A DNA stretch of 64,000 nucleotides from Candidatus Hydrogenedentota bacterium. Lineage in GTDB: Bacteria; Hydrogenedentota; Hydrogenedentia; Hydrogenedentales; SLHB01. Made by a program: the position numbers and the translations under genes. Below are positions 1-10,300 of this stretch, in pieces. The stretch spans positions 2,698-66,697 of the forward strand of contig JACRLJ010000056.1 in the NCBI GenBank assembly GCA_016215105.1, given 5' to 3'. Below the pieces are notes generated by a model. The model saw only the letters and a program-made list of their open reading frames with translations, was not told where the DNA came from and searched no databases. How positions within the stretch are numbered: position 1 is the stretch's first letter; each line of letters begins with the position of its first letter.

Positions 1-701
1 CCTTGCTCCAGGAATTGGTGATGGTGCGTCACCCGGCGCCGCACATTATTACAATCGAAGATCCGGTTGAGTACCGATTACCGAAGATTGCGCAAACCGA
101 GGTCAATCCTTACGTTGGATTTACCTTTGACACGGCGTTGCGCTCCGCGCTTCGCCAGGACCCCGAGATCATCATGATCGGCGAAATCCGCGATGCGGAA
201 ACGGCGCGCACGGGCATCCAGGCGGGCTTGACCGGTCACAATGTCATTTCCACGATCCACAGCGGGACCGCTACCGGGGTATTTACCCGGCTCCTCGACA
301 TGGGCGTGGAACCGTTTCTCATTGCGTCGTCGATTTCGGGAGTACTCGCGCAACGCTTGGTGCGCCTCAACTGCCCCTATTGCACCGGGCCCTACAAACC
401 CGATCCGGCGCTCCTGGAGCGGTTCAATATTCCCGAGGGTGAGGGGCTGTTCTCACGTGGCAAGGGCTGCGAACAGTGCCAGGGTATCGGGTACAAAGGG
501 CGGACCGCCCTGTGCGAAATGTTCACCATGAATGATGAGATGGGCGAACTCATTTTGCAGCGCGCCCGTACCCGGTCGCTTCACGACGTGGCCGTGCGAA
601 ACCACATGGTCACGTTGATTGAAGATGGTGTCCGCCGTGCGAAGGAAGGGCACACCACGCTCGAGGAGCTAAAACGCGTCCTGCCCATGCCAGGCAGCTA
701 G
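1..701 (+). CDS. GspE/PilB-family secretion ATPase, C-terminal part (truncated at window start)
   Basis: IITIEDPVEY Asp box, LRQDPEIIMIGEIRD Walker B, TGHxVxSTIH His box, CPYC...CEQC zinc motif, GYKGRTA. Confidence 0.93.
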   Translation, partial: LLQELVMVRHPAPHIITIEDPVEYRLPKIAQTEVNPYVGFTFDTALRSALRQDPEIIMIGEIRDAETARTGIQAGLTGHNVISTIHSGTATGVFTRLLDMGVEPFLIASSISGVLAQRLVRLNCPYCTGPYKPDPALLERFNIPEGEGLFSRGKGCEQCQGIGYKGRTALCEMFTMNDEMGELILQRARTRSLHDVAVRNHMVTLIEDGVRRAKEGHTTLEELKRVLPMPGS

Positions 702-702
702 T

Positions 703-795
703 TAGCTTTCTTGCCAGCAACTTCCGTACTATTTGTGTAGACGTTGCCGGCAAGAAGTCGTGCCATTGACTGTGGAGCCGCGGCTAAGCCGCCTC
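703..795 (+). repeat. Three-hairpin palindromic repeat, copy A
   Basis: TAG-ctttcttgccagcaac-N21-gttgccggcaagaag-tcgtgccattgac-N9-gcggctaagccgcctc; colinear with copies at 7125 and 62854; starts 1 nt after the ATPase stop codon. Confidence 0.85.
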
Positions 796-827
796 TGGAC
801 GGATGCAATGCACGGGTATTTCTTGAC

Positions 828-857
828 TTGCGCGCGAACTCGGCGCCGTCCTACAAT
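828..857 (+). promoter_or_regulatory. Candidate sigma70 promoter (TTGCGC-18-TACAAT)
   Basis: Near-consensus -10 TACAAT at 852-857 with a -35-like hexamer 18 nt upstream, ahead of the IstB-fusion gene. Confidence 0.4.
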
Positions 858-863
858 TTGCTA

Positions 864-946
864 AAGGCGGTTTAGCCGCAGCCGTCCGGTCGATGGCGTG
901 ACTTCCTTGTCGGAAACAGCGAGCGGGTAACCTGACAGAGAAGTCA
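864..946 (-). repeat. Three-hairpin palindromic repeat, copy B (inverted relative to copy A, shortened loop)
   Basis: Minus strand reads TGA-cttctctgtcaggttac-N9-gtttccgacaaggaag-tcacgccatcgac-N9-gcggctaaaccgcctt, the same block order as the other copies. Confidence 0.75.
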
Positions 947-1017
947 AAGGCGCACACAGTGCCCTGGGGCCGGTCCAGCGGATGAGTGGCCGTGAACAGG
1001 ACACGGAGGTGATAACC

Positions 1018-2097
1018 TTGTTAGTACACGTACTACTCTTGATCATCGCCAGCGCCGCCATGAGCCTTGTTGCGCTCATGGTCCGGAAGGTCTTCAGCGG
1101 CACGCCGCCGTTCCTGTTAGCTCTTGTCATCTGGGTGGTTTTCGTCCTCCTCGCCAGCGCTGTCACGTGGGATGTCGTCTCCAAGTCCCATCGCGCCACC
1201 AGTAATGTGGCCCAGGTAACAGCCAAAGAAGGATATGATAAGGGCTCGTTCAATAAGGAATTGGACAAGAACCTGGAAAACGCGAATGAACTACCGCTCG
1301 TCACACTGTTCTTCGGCTCATTTCAGGCCTTGGCGGGCTGTATTGTCATCTTCATCATCCCCGTCGTCATCGCGGCGACAACCATGATCCGACCCGTCTC
1401 GAGCGCGGGAGGGAATCTGTTGTACCAGCTTCAAGGTGAGGGTGTTGCGGACGGCGAAGCGTCGGTTGAAGTGGAACGCACCGACGAAGATCGCCGGGTT
1501 GACGCCGCCCACTTCCCCGCAGTCAAGACGATCGAGTCGTTTACGTTTCGCTTGCAGCCGGGCCTGAATGAGGCCTTAGTGCGTGAATTGGCGCGAGGCT
1601 TCTACATTGACGAGCGGAAGAACGTCATCCTTCTCGGCGAGTCGGGCACAGGGAAGACACATTTGGCCATCGCCCTTGGCGTGGCTGCCTGCGGCCAAGG
1701 CAAGATGGTCCGGTTCTACAGCGTGGGCAGGCTAGCCCAAGAGCTTCTCGATCAGGTGGCAAGCTCTTCCTTGGAGAAATTCTTCGCCACCGTCGAGAAG
1801 AACGACCTGATCATCCTGGATGAATTGGGGTATGTGCCAGTTCCCCAGGAGGCCGTGCCTCACTTGCTGGCGTTGGTCAGCCGTCTTCAGGGCCGTTGCA
1901 GCGTGATTCTCACGACTCACCTATCCTTGGACAACTGGTCCCAGGCCATCCCTGATCCCGAGCAGGCCAAGGTTTTAGCCGACACGCTGTCCAAGAACGC
2001 CGAGATCGTCTCCACTCACAGCGAGACCTTCCGCAGCCAACCGGCGGCGAAACTCATGAACCCCGCCAGCGAAGGGGAGCCTACAGCGACCGCGTAA
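1018..2097 (+). CDS. Membrane protein (about 3 N-terminal TM helices) fused to an IstB/DnaC-like AAA+ ATPase domain
   Basis: Hydrophobic N-terminus; FPAVKTIESFTF, NVILLGESGTGKTHLAIALG (Walker A) and LIILDELGYVP (Walker B) are typical of IS21 IstB. Start set at TTG after GGAGGTGA; ORF track start is 982. Confidence 0.8.
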   Translation: MLVHVLLLIIASAAMSLVALMVRKVFSGTPPFLLALVIWVVFVLLASAVTWDVVSKSHRATSNVAQVTAKEGYDKGSFNKELDKNLENANELPLVTLFFGSFQALAGCIVIFIIPVVIAATTMIRPVSSAGGNLLYQLQGEGVADGEASVEVERTDEDRRVDAAHFPAVKTIESFTFRLQPGLNEALVRELARGFYIDERKNVILLGESGTGKTHLAIALGVAACGQGKMVRFYSVGRLAQELLDQVASSSLEKFFATVEKNDLIILDELGYVPVPQEAVPHLLALVSRLQGRCSVILTTHLSLDNWSQAIPDPEQAKVLADTLSKNAEIVSTHSETFRSQPAAKLMNPASEGEPTATA

Positions 2098-2106
2098 TCG
2101 GCGCCA

Positions 2107-3117
2107 TTACGTCATCCGCCGGACCATCGCCTCGGCGAAGCCTCGTGTGGTGCCCTTGCCGCCGATGTCCCCCGTGAGTTCCTCCGGACGTCCGTCGCCG
2201 AGAACGGCGTTATAGGCGTTGCGAATGCGCTCGGCGCAAGCGCGCTCCTCCATGTGATTGAGCATCATCACCCCGCTCATAATCAGCGCCAGCGGATTGG
2301 CGATGCCCTTTCCGGCGATGTCCGGCGCGCTGCCATGCACCGCCTCGAACACCGCGCAATCGTCGCCGATGTTGGATCCCGGAACCACGCCCAAGCCGCC
2401 GACCAGCCCCGCGCATAAATCGCTCACTACATCACCGTAGAGGTTTTCGAGCAAGAGCATGTCGAACTTTGACGGGTCGCGCACCAGTTGCATGCAGCCG
2501 TTATCGATAATCATTTCGTCGTACGCGATATCCGGCGCTTCAGCCTGATGGATCTTGCGCGCGCACTCCAGGAACAGACCGTCAGACATCTTCATGATGT
2601 TGGCCTTGTGAAAGACCGTAACGCGTCTGCGGCCCCGCGAACGGGCGTATGCGAACGCGTAGTGCGCGATGCGCTCGCATGCGACGCGCGTCGCCACCTT
2701 GAGGCTCGTGACCACGCCCGGCACGATTTCATTCTCGATACCCGAGTACAGTCCTTCCGTATTCTCCCGGATAACGACCAACTCGACGTCCTCGTACCGC
2801 GTCTTAATTCCGGGCAGCGAACGCACCGGGCGCACCGCGGCATACAGATTCAGGCGCATTCGAAGCTGCACGTTGACGCTCTTGAATCCTTTTCCAATCG
2901 GAGTCGTCACAGGCCCCTTTAGCGCGATTCTGTGCGCCGCAATCGCCTCGACAGTGTGATCCGGCAACACGCTGCCATGGGCCTCCGCTTCGGCGGCGCC
3001 CGCGGGCAACGTCAACCATTCGATCGGCGCGCCCGACGCGTCAATCACCATACGGGCCGCTTCGGCGACCTCGGGGCCAATCCCATCACCGGGAATTAGA
3101 CAAACTGTACGAGCCAT
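2107..3117 (-). CDS. NAD-dependent isocitrate/isopropylmalate dehydrogenase family protein (IDH3-like isocitrate dehydrogenase)
   Basis: [54 protein letters not shown]. Confidence 0.9.
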   Translation of the reverse strand: MARTVCLIPGDGIGPEVAEAARMVIDASGAPIEWLTLPAGAAEAEAHGSVLPDHTVEAIAAHRIALKGPVTTPIGKGFKSVNVQLRMRLNLYAAVRPVRSLPGIKTRYEDVELVVIRENTEGLYSGIENEIVPGVVTSLKVATRVACERIAHYAFAYARSRGRRRVTVFHKANIMKMSDGLFLECARKIHQAEAPDIAYDEMIIDNGCMQLVRDPSKFDMLLLENLYGDVVSDLCAGLVGGLGVVPGSNIGDDCAVFEAVHGSAPDIAGKGIANPLALIMSGVMMLNHMEERACAERIRNAYNAVLGDGRPEELTGDIGGKGTTRGFAEAMVRRMT

Positions 3118-3198
3118 ACTTCCTACTCCTTATGACAATGGGCGGACTCCCGTGTGTGACGGGGCGCCGAGCGCAACTTCAAGAAACGAACGGGCGGT

Positions 3199-3720
3199 CT
3201 ACTTGGCCGTCAGAACCGCCGCTCCGGCCTCCGCGCATGCGTGGTCGTTTTCGACGCTTGAGCCCGATACGCCGATGGCCCCTATCACGTCACCGGCGGC
3301 GTTCTTCAATGGGACACCACCGGGGAACGTTATCAGGCCGCCGTTGGACACTTCGATGTTGTAGAGCGGCTTGCCTGGCTGACTCAACTCACCGATCTTT
3401 CCCGTATTCATGTCGAAGTATCTAGCCGTCTTGGCTTTCTTTATGGCGATGTCAATACTTCCCAGCCAAGCGCCATCCTGGCGCATGAACGTCTTCAGAT
3501 TCCCGCCCGCGTCCACTACAGCGATGTCCATCCTGCACTTCAAGGTTTCGGACTTCGCCGCGGCGGCGTTGGCCACTTTCACGGCGTGCGCAAGGTCGAT
3601 ATCCATCATAGTGGCCGGCTCCGCCTTCTGATCAGCCGCGTTCACCGCCGTCGTGCCGGCGCCATAGAACAGGCTTACAAGCGCTGCGCCTGCCGCTATC
3701 GCAAAATAGGTTCTTTTCAT
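3199..3720 (-). CDS. GlcG/HbpS-family heme-binding protein with signal peptide
   Basis: [38 protein letters not shown]; Sec-type leader [14 protein letters not shown]. Confidence 0.88.
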   Translation of the reverse strand: MKRTYFAIAAGAALVSLFYGAGTTAVNAADQKAEPATMMDIDLAHAVKVANAAAAKSETLKCRMDIAVVDAGGNLKTFMRQDGAWLGSIDIAIKKAKTARYFDMNTGKIGELSQPGKPLYNIEVSNGGLITFPGGVPLKNAAGDVIGAIGVSGSSVENDHACAEAGAAVLTAK

Positions 3721-4002
3721 TGTCTGACTCCTTGGGTTGTTGCGCCGTGACGGCGTCCGCATAGAGATTCCGCACCATAGCTTCTCCCTCGGGAAAAGCC
3801 CACCGCCCAGAGACTACCATCGTGCGGCGGCCGGGTCAAGAGCAGCGCCCGCTCTTGCGGACTCCTTGACCGCCCACGGCTGTTGCGAGAGGCAGAATCG
3901 AGTCCAAGCTGACGGCGAGCGTCGAACTATGATATGCTCAGAGAGAACTAATACTTACCGCCTCGCGTCGGGGCATAACACGATTGGAAGGAGCAGCAGG
4001 AC

Positions 4003-4584
4003 ATGAAACTGAATCAATGTGTGGCGCGAGTTGGGCTTTCTCTGGTCGTGATCGGTTTGCCACTGGCTGGGTGTGGAAAAGCCAAGGAAACGGTGGTCGA
4101 GAAGGCCATCGAAGCCGCTGCCAGCAAAGACGGCGCGAAGGTGGATATCGAGAAGGGCAAGATGACTATCACCACAAAAGACGGCGAGTCCACACTCACA
4201 TCGAACGAGCAGGGCAACGCGCTTACGATGAAGACCCCCGAAGGAACGGTCACGGTGTCGTCCGGGGAAAACGCGAAAGTGCCGGACGATTTTCCGAAAG
4301 ACATTCCGCTCTACCCGGGCGCCAAACCGGCTACGGTAACGTCCAGCAGCGAGAAAATGGAATTCATGTTGACGTTTACCACCAAGGACCCGGTCGAAAA
4401 GGTCGGAGAGCATTTCAAGAAGGAGGTTACGGCGCAGGGTTGGACCGAGGGTATGGTAATGAACACGCCAGGCGAACAGGCCACTCAGATGCTCAATTAT
4501 ACGAAGGGCGGCCGCTCCCTCATGGTGGTCATTTCAAAGCAATCGGACGACACTACCATCCAGGTGACGACCTCCGGCAAGTAG
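4003..4584 (+). CDS. Hypothetical lipoprotein
   Basis: Lipobox LAGC; beta-rich body with PDDFPKDIPLYPGAK motif. Confidence 0.75.
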   Translation: MKLNQCVARVGLSLVVIGLPLAGCGKAKETVVEKAIEAAASKDGAKVDIEKGKMTITTKDGESTLTSNEQGNALTMKTPEGTVTVSSGENAKVPDDFPKDIPLYPGAKPATVTSSSEKMEFMLTFTTKDPVEKVGEHFKKEVTAQGWTEGMVMNTPGEQATQMLNYTKGGRSLMVVISKQSDDTTIQVTTSGK

Positions 4585-4594
4585 AACAGCCGTT

Positions 4595-5335
4595 TCACTC
4601 GCCGAGTTTCTTCTGCTCGATATGGGCGTTAATTTCGGCCAGCCATGGCTCGCGCTCGATCGCGTGAATTGTATCCAGCATTGAAAACGTGTTGCCTTGG
4701 CCGCTTAACCGCGTGTAGATCTGCCGTACTAGCCGGAGATCGTCTTCGGTGTCCACGCACAGCCGCAGGTCGGGCCGTCGTAGCGCACCTGCCGCCGTGA
4801 TCGACACGAGTTTGAAGTCCTCCGGGTGGAGATAGAAGTAGGGCGTGACATGCTCGCGTTCGAACGGCTGGTTGGATAGCGCGTTAATGCGGCGTAACGT
4901 TTCGAGCGAGAATACCTCCGTCTCCACTCCGCGCGGAAACGTGCGCTCAATCACGTTTGAAGCGTAGTCGCCGTGTTCCCGCGAATAGGCGTCAATCACG
5001 TCGTCCGCAAGCGCGGGATCGATGAGCGGGCAATCGGCCGTAACCCGAACGATGATCTCCGCTTTCGCGAATCGTGCGGCTTCAAGATAGCGCGCAAGCA
5101 CATCGTTTTCGCTTCCGGCGCAGGCTCGCAGGCCGACTTGGCGCACAAGATCGAGAATGGGAGTGTCCGCGGAGTTTCGCGTGGTCGCTACGACGACATC
5201 ATCGATTCGTTTAGATAGGCCCAATCGCTCTAGAACGTGTTGAAGCATGGGTTTTCCGGCGATGTCGGCGAGGCACTTTCCCGGCAGCCGCGTCGAGCCC
5301 ATGCGCGCCTGCACTATCGCGACGGTTCTTCCCAT
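4595..5335 (-). CDS. SpsF-like acylneuraminate/nonulosonate cytidylyltransferase family protein
   Basis: IVQARMGSTRLPGK, GSENDVLARY, RVTADCPLIDP, REHVTPY, CVDTEDD. Confidence 0.88.
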   Translation of the reverse strand: MGRTVAIVQARMGSTRLPGKCLADIAGKPMLQHVLERLGLSKRIDDVVVATTRNSADTPILDLVRQVGLRACAGSENDVLARYLEAARFAKAEIIVRVTADCPLIDPALADDVIDAYSREHGDYASNVIERTFPRGVETEVFSLETLRRINALSNQPFEREHVTPYFYLHPEDFKLVSITAAGALRRPDLRLCVDTEDDLRLVRQIYTRLSGQGNTFSMLDTIHAIEREPWLAEINAHIEQKKLGE

Positions 5336-5338
5336 GTG

Positions 5339-5977
5339 TCATTTCCTCAGCAGGAACATGGTGTCGAGATTGTCGTTGGCGAGATATTTCACCCGGCGCT
5401 CCCGCACGAGGCGCAACGCCGGGAAACGGCTCATGTAGAGCCGTGCGAAATCCGTCTTCCAAAGCAATTCCTCGTTGCCGCGGTACGGCACGCTGCCATA
5501 TTCCGGGGCGTAATACTCCCAGCCCCAAATGTACGCGCGCGTACACCGGTGTATTTCGTCCAGCGCAGCGCCAATGTCTTCCGGGCTCAGGTGAATCAAC
5601 ACGCCCGAGGTGTACACCAAGTCGAAATAGCCGTCCTTGTACGGAATATCAAAGGCAGACCCCTGGATGAGATTGACACCGCGGGTGTTGGCCTTGGCCT
5701 TTTCCACAGCATAGGCCTGCAGCTCGATGCCGTAGAGGTTCTCGAACCCCATCGCCTGCAGGCCGAGCAACTGCGCGCCGACGTTGGCGCCAACTTCGAG
5801 TATACGAATCGAACGGTCCAGGTCTCCGAGAAATTCTGCGTTTAGCGTGCTCCGGCTTACTCCGAACTCACGCAGATAGAATACGTCCATTTCCTCGAAG
5901 GTCTGCGGATTGCGATCGGTGTATAACCGGCCGAATTCGCCCGACCACTGCTCCATCTGTTTGGTGTGCTTTTCCAT
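5339..5977 (-). CDS. Pseudaminic-acid-biosynthesis-associated SAM methyltransferase
   Basis: WSGEFGxxYTDRN, ILEVGANVG, FDLVYTSGVLIH, EYYAP...YRG. Confidence 0.85.
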   Translation of the reverse strand: MEKHTKQMEQWSGEFGRLYTDRNPQTFEEMDVFYLREFGVSRSTLNAEFLGDLDRSIRILEVGANVGAQLLGLQAMGFENLYGIELQAYAVEKAKANTRGVNLIQGSAFDIPYKDGYFDLVYTSGVLIHLSPEDIGAALDEIHRCTRAYIWGWEYYAPEYGSVPYRGNEELLWKTDFARLYMSRFPALRLVRERRVKYLANDNLDTMFLLRK

Positions 5978-6242
5978 CGCATTGGTCCTTCAACCAAAAC
6001 TGAAGGCTACCATATCGCAGCCATTGGCGGCATTTCCAGCATCATCTACAGCAAGGAAATTTGGGCACGGTCAGGCGGACCTCGGTTCGCGCATTTGTAC
6101 GAGATGAGAATAGTATTCAGCCGGAGTATATTATTGAGGCAGTAATCGTTGGGGAGAGACGATGAGTATGTCAAACCGGCGGGAACATACTGGAGGCGCG
6201 GCCAGAAAGCCTCCTCTTACCTAGACCAGACAAAATCGAGCG

Positions 6243-7127
6243 ATGGCGCTAGACAACTTGCAGATGCTTTCTGGCTGCGCCGCGTCAATTAGCCGGCTTT
6301 CTGGCCGAACTCCCAGGACTGTTGTCTGGCTGCTGATCATCGTTGTGTTCACGCTGGCGGGATTCGGCGGAGCGTGTCAGGCGGAAGCTGCCGAGGCCGC
6401 TGCGCCGCCGGGGGAGACGCCTGCGGCGGAAGAACTCGAGGCGGACGCGGAGAACTCCGGCTGGTTTGGGATCCTGGGAGCAATGAATTATCACACGCAC
6501 CTGGACGAATCTGAACGGGTGGTGAACCGCGAAATGAACGGCGTGTTCGGCCGAGTATTGCCAAGCTGGCAGGAACCAACCACCTTTAAGGACTGGAGCG
6601 AAGACTGGAAGCTGTGGGACCTGTATCTGGGCGCCGGCAAAGACATCGCGCTGCGGTGGTCGTGGCAGGCGACAACCGGCGCCGGAATTGGCTTCATTTC
6701 CAATAGCAAGAGATACCGTCCGTTGGGATTCCCTCTGAAGATCGACGTGGATTTCGAGCGCGCCGACGTGTTTGTCGAGACGGGAGTCAACTACTACCCC
6801 TGGGAAAAGCCGGTTTTCAAGTCAAATAGCGCAGGCATTTTGGGGATTCTCCGATCAACCCGTCCGTACCTCTCGCTGGTCGGCGGGTACACGTGGCAAC
6901 ATGCGGTGGGCGACGTCACTGCGCGCCTGCCATTGGCTGGACGCCTGCTTCACATTAAACAAGAGGACGAATACAATCTGCTCTACGTGTTTCCGCGGGT
7001 CTGCCTCGAAACTCCCATCAGCGCGAAAGATTCGATCAACGTGATGGCCGGTTACCTGGCTTTTGACGATCACGCTTCGGAGTTTAACTCGGTGACGGTA
7101 GGGGTGTTTCTCAAACACCGGTTCTAG
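6243..7127 (+). CDS. Hypothetical secreted protein, probable outer-membrane beta-barrel
   Basis: Signal-like hydrophobic stretch, alternating aromatic beta-strands, C-terminal ...GVFLKHRF; true start may be downstream. Confidence 0.6.
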   Translation: MALDNLQMLSGCAASISRLSGRTPRTVVWLLIIVVFTLAGFGGACQAEAAEAAAPPGETPAAEELEADAENSGWFGILGAMNYHTHLDESERVVNREMNGVFGRVLPSWQEPTTFKDWSEDWKLWDLYLGAGKDIALRWSWQATTGAGIGFISNSKRYRPLGFPLKIDVDFERADVFVETGVNYYPWEKPVFKSNSAGILGILRSTRPYLSLVGGYTWQHAVGDVTARLPLAGRLLHIKQEDEYNLLYVFPRVCLETPISAKDSINVMAGYLAFDDHASEFNSVTVGVFLKHRF

Positions 7128-7218
7128 CTTCTTTGTCCGCAACTTCCGCGTTGTTCGCGTAGATGTTGCGGACAAAGAAGTCATACCAATGACTCTGGCG
7201 TTGCGGCCGGGCCGCCTT
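7125..7218 (+). repeat. Three-hairpin palindromic repeat, copy C
   Basis: Perfect 16-bp inverted repeat 7128-7143/7165-7180, GTCAT-acca-ATGAC, GCGGC-cgg-GCCGC; 91/94 identical to 62854-62947; its first triplet TAG is the upstream gene's stop. Confidence 0.92.
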
Positions 7219-7394
7219 AGGAGGAAAGGGCCTGAACTGTTTCTCGCCCGGAATTGATCCGGAGCGGAGCGTTTAGTATTCTCACTTTGGACGGATTGCT
7301 GTGGGCGGCGTTTGGCAAGCGCGGCGGGTTGCGGTGTTTGACGCGCAATCATGGCGGGGGGGACGGGTTGTGGTGTTCGTTGTGGGGAATGTGT

Positions 7395-10300
7395 ATGCAT
7401 GCTCCGTCATTGAACGATCGTCGGGGTTCTTACTTGAGAGCCGTGCCCGCTGTGGCGGGCTGGTGTGCGTTTGTCGCGGCGCTGCTCATGGGGGGACCTG
7501 CGGCGGATGCGGCGTCGTTCACGGTTAACAACCTTGGTGATAGCGGGACGGGCAGTCTTCGTAGCGCCATCGCGCTCGCAAATAGCTCCACAGGTTTGGA
7601 CACGATTGCCTTTTCGGTCAGCGGAACGATTCACTTGGTGTCCCAGCTACCGGCGCTCAGCGATAGCACCGGTGGAACACTCATCTCCGGGGGCAGTAAC
7701 ATCACGATTGACGGCTCGGCGCTGGCCACTTCAGACGTCGGCTTCCTCATCACCACGGCAGGAAATGGGCTCGATGGCTTGTCCATCGTGAACTGCCCAG
7801 CGAGCGGCGTGCGTATCTCAGGCGCCGCGGCGACGGCAAATACCATTTCGGCATGCACCATAGGAACCGACGGGACCTCCGCCTTTGGTAATCAGATCGG
7901 TGTTCTTGTCGATACAGGGGCGTCAAACAACCGTATCGGCGGATTGACGGCGGCAACCAGAAACGTGATATCAGGCAACAACCAGGCCGGAGTCCTCCTA
8001 TCGGGCCCTAACACGTCGTCCAACGGCGTCGAAGGGAATTATATCGGCTTGAACGCGGCTGGCTTGGCGCCCCTGTCCAATGGCGCCGCCGGCGTGCAGA
8101 TATCGAGCGGGGCGTCCTCGAATATCATCGGCGGCTTGCCCGTGGGCGCCGGCAATGTTATTTCGGGCAATACGTCTTACGGGATACTCATCCAAGACTC
8201 GACCACGGCGAGTAACGTAATCCAGGCCAATTTCATCGGGACCAATGCCGCGGGAACGGGAGCGGTGGGGAACGGCGCGGATGGCGTCGGCGTATTCTTC
8301 GCCGCGACCGGAAACACCATAGGCGGGACCGTAGCAGGCGCCGGCAATGTTATTTCGGGGAATCTGGGAAATGGCGTGTCACTCGGCGGGATCGCTACCA
8401 ACGCCAATTTCGTTCAGCGCAATACCATTGGATTGAACGCCGCGGGCAATTCCGCTCTAGCGAACAGCGGCAGCGGAGTGGTCCTGATGAATAGCGCGTC
8501 AAACAACACCATCGGAGGGTCGGTGGGCGGCGCGGGCAACACGATTTCGGGAAACTCCAACGCTGGCATCGTGCTTCAGAACGCGGGAACGCTGAGCAAC
8601 GTGATCGCGGGCAACTTCATTGGAACGGATCCTTCGGGAACTACCGCGATAGGCAACGCCAAAGGCATTATGGTCTTGTCGGGTACGCCCGCGAACAAGA
8701 TCGGTGGTAGCAGCTCGACCGAGCGCAACATCATTTCTGGAAACCAGTTCGATGGCGTATACATCACGGGACCGGGAACGGCCGGCATCATTCTCGAGGG
8801 GAACTATATCGGCGCCAGTGTGACGGGAACGCAGAGTATTCCAAACGGCGAGTTCGGCGTCGAGATCACCGGAGGCGCCACGACGTGCGCCGTCGGCGCC
8901 ACGGCCGCGGGTTCGGGCAACTTGATATCCGGCAACGGTGCGCAGGGCATTCAGATCGATGGAACCGGAACGACTGGCAACGTGCTTCAGGGAAACTTTA
9001 TCGGTGTTGACATCACCGGCGCCGGCGTTCTGCCGAATGCGGCGGACGGGGTGAAAATCTCCGGTGCCGCATCGTCAAACACGATTGGCGGGACGGCGGC
9101 GGGCAGCGCGAATGTTATCTCCGGAAACCTGTCTAACGGTGTTTTGATTTCAGACGCAGGAACAACCGGCAACTTCGTCGAAGGGAATTTCATTGGGGTC
9201 GATGGTATCGGCGCGACCGCCTTGGGCAATACCCATGCGGGCGTGAATATCTCGTTGGGAGCGTCATCGAATACGGTTGGAGGCGCTGGCGCAGCGAACA
9301 TCATATCCGGCAACGCCACCGGCGTTTTTCTATACGATTCCGGAACGACAGGCAACGTGATCGTGAATAATCTCGTCGGCACGAACGCGGATGGGACCGC
9401 GGCGCTGGGCAATGGAACGGGCGTGCTAATCGGCAACCAGGCGGCGGGTAACACGATCGGCGGACCGACGGCCGCAGACCGTAACCTCATTTCGGGAAAT
9501 ACCGGTTTGGGCGTCCAACTGAGCGACGGCGGCACGAGCGCCAACGTGGTCTTGGGCAACGCCATTGGGACGAATTGGACTCTGACCGCCCCACTCGGGA
9601 ATGGCGGACCCGGCGTTATGGTGAATAACGGCGCAACCGCCGATACCGTCGGTGGACCGGGCGCGGGCGACGGAAACGTCGTCGCATTCAATGTGGGTCC
9701 GGGGGTGAAAGTGACGGACGCCGGCAGTCGTGTTATCACCCTGCGCGGGAACTCGATTCACGACAACGCGGGCGGTGGAATCCTTCTCGAAAATGGCGCA
9801 AACGACGGAGTACCGAAACCGACTATATCGGGATTGATCCCGGTGAACGGCGCCGGGCCGGCCAACGCGACCGTCGAGGTATTTGTCGATGCCGGGGACC
9901 AAGGTAAGCAACTGGTGGCCACGCTCACCGCATCGGCGGACGGCCTGTTCTCCGATGCGTCGCTCGATCTGACCCCTCATCTCGGTAAGAATCTGACCGT
10001 CACCGCCACGGATACCTCCGGGAATACTACGGAGTTCAGCCTGCCGCTGACGATCGATCTCACCGCGCCGACCGTGCAGGCGATAACGCCATCGGGTTCC
10101 AATCCTACTAACTTGCCGTCGGTGGACTACACGGTGACATTCACCGAGCCCGTGACCGGTGTAGACGCAACGGATTTTGCGCTAAACACATTGCTGTCTG
10201 GCGCAACCATCTCGGGTGTGGTCGATAACGGTGGTGATACATATACAGTGACGGTGGACACCGGTACTGGTGACGGTCCGCTCCGTCTGGACCTCGTGGA

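Noticed and set aside
982..2097. Intact IS21-family insertion sequence
   Set aside because: No IstA transposase, terminal inverted repeats or target duplication seen
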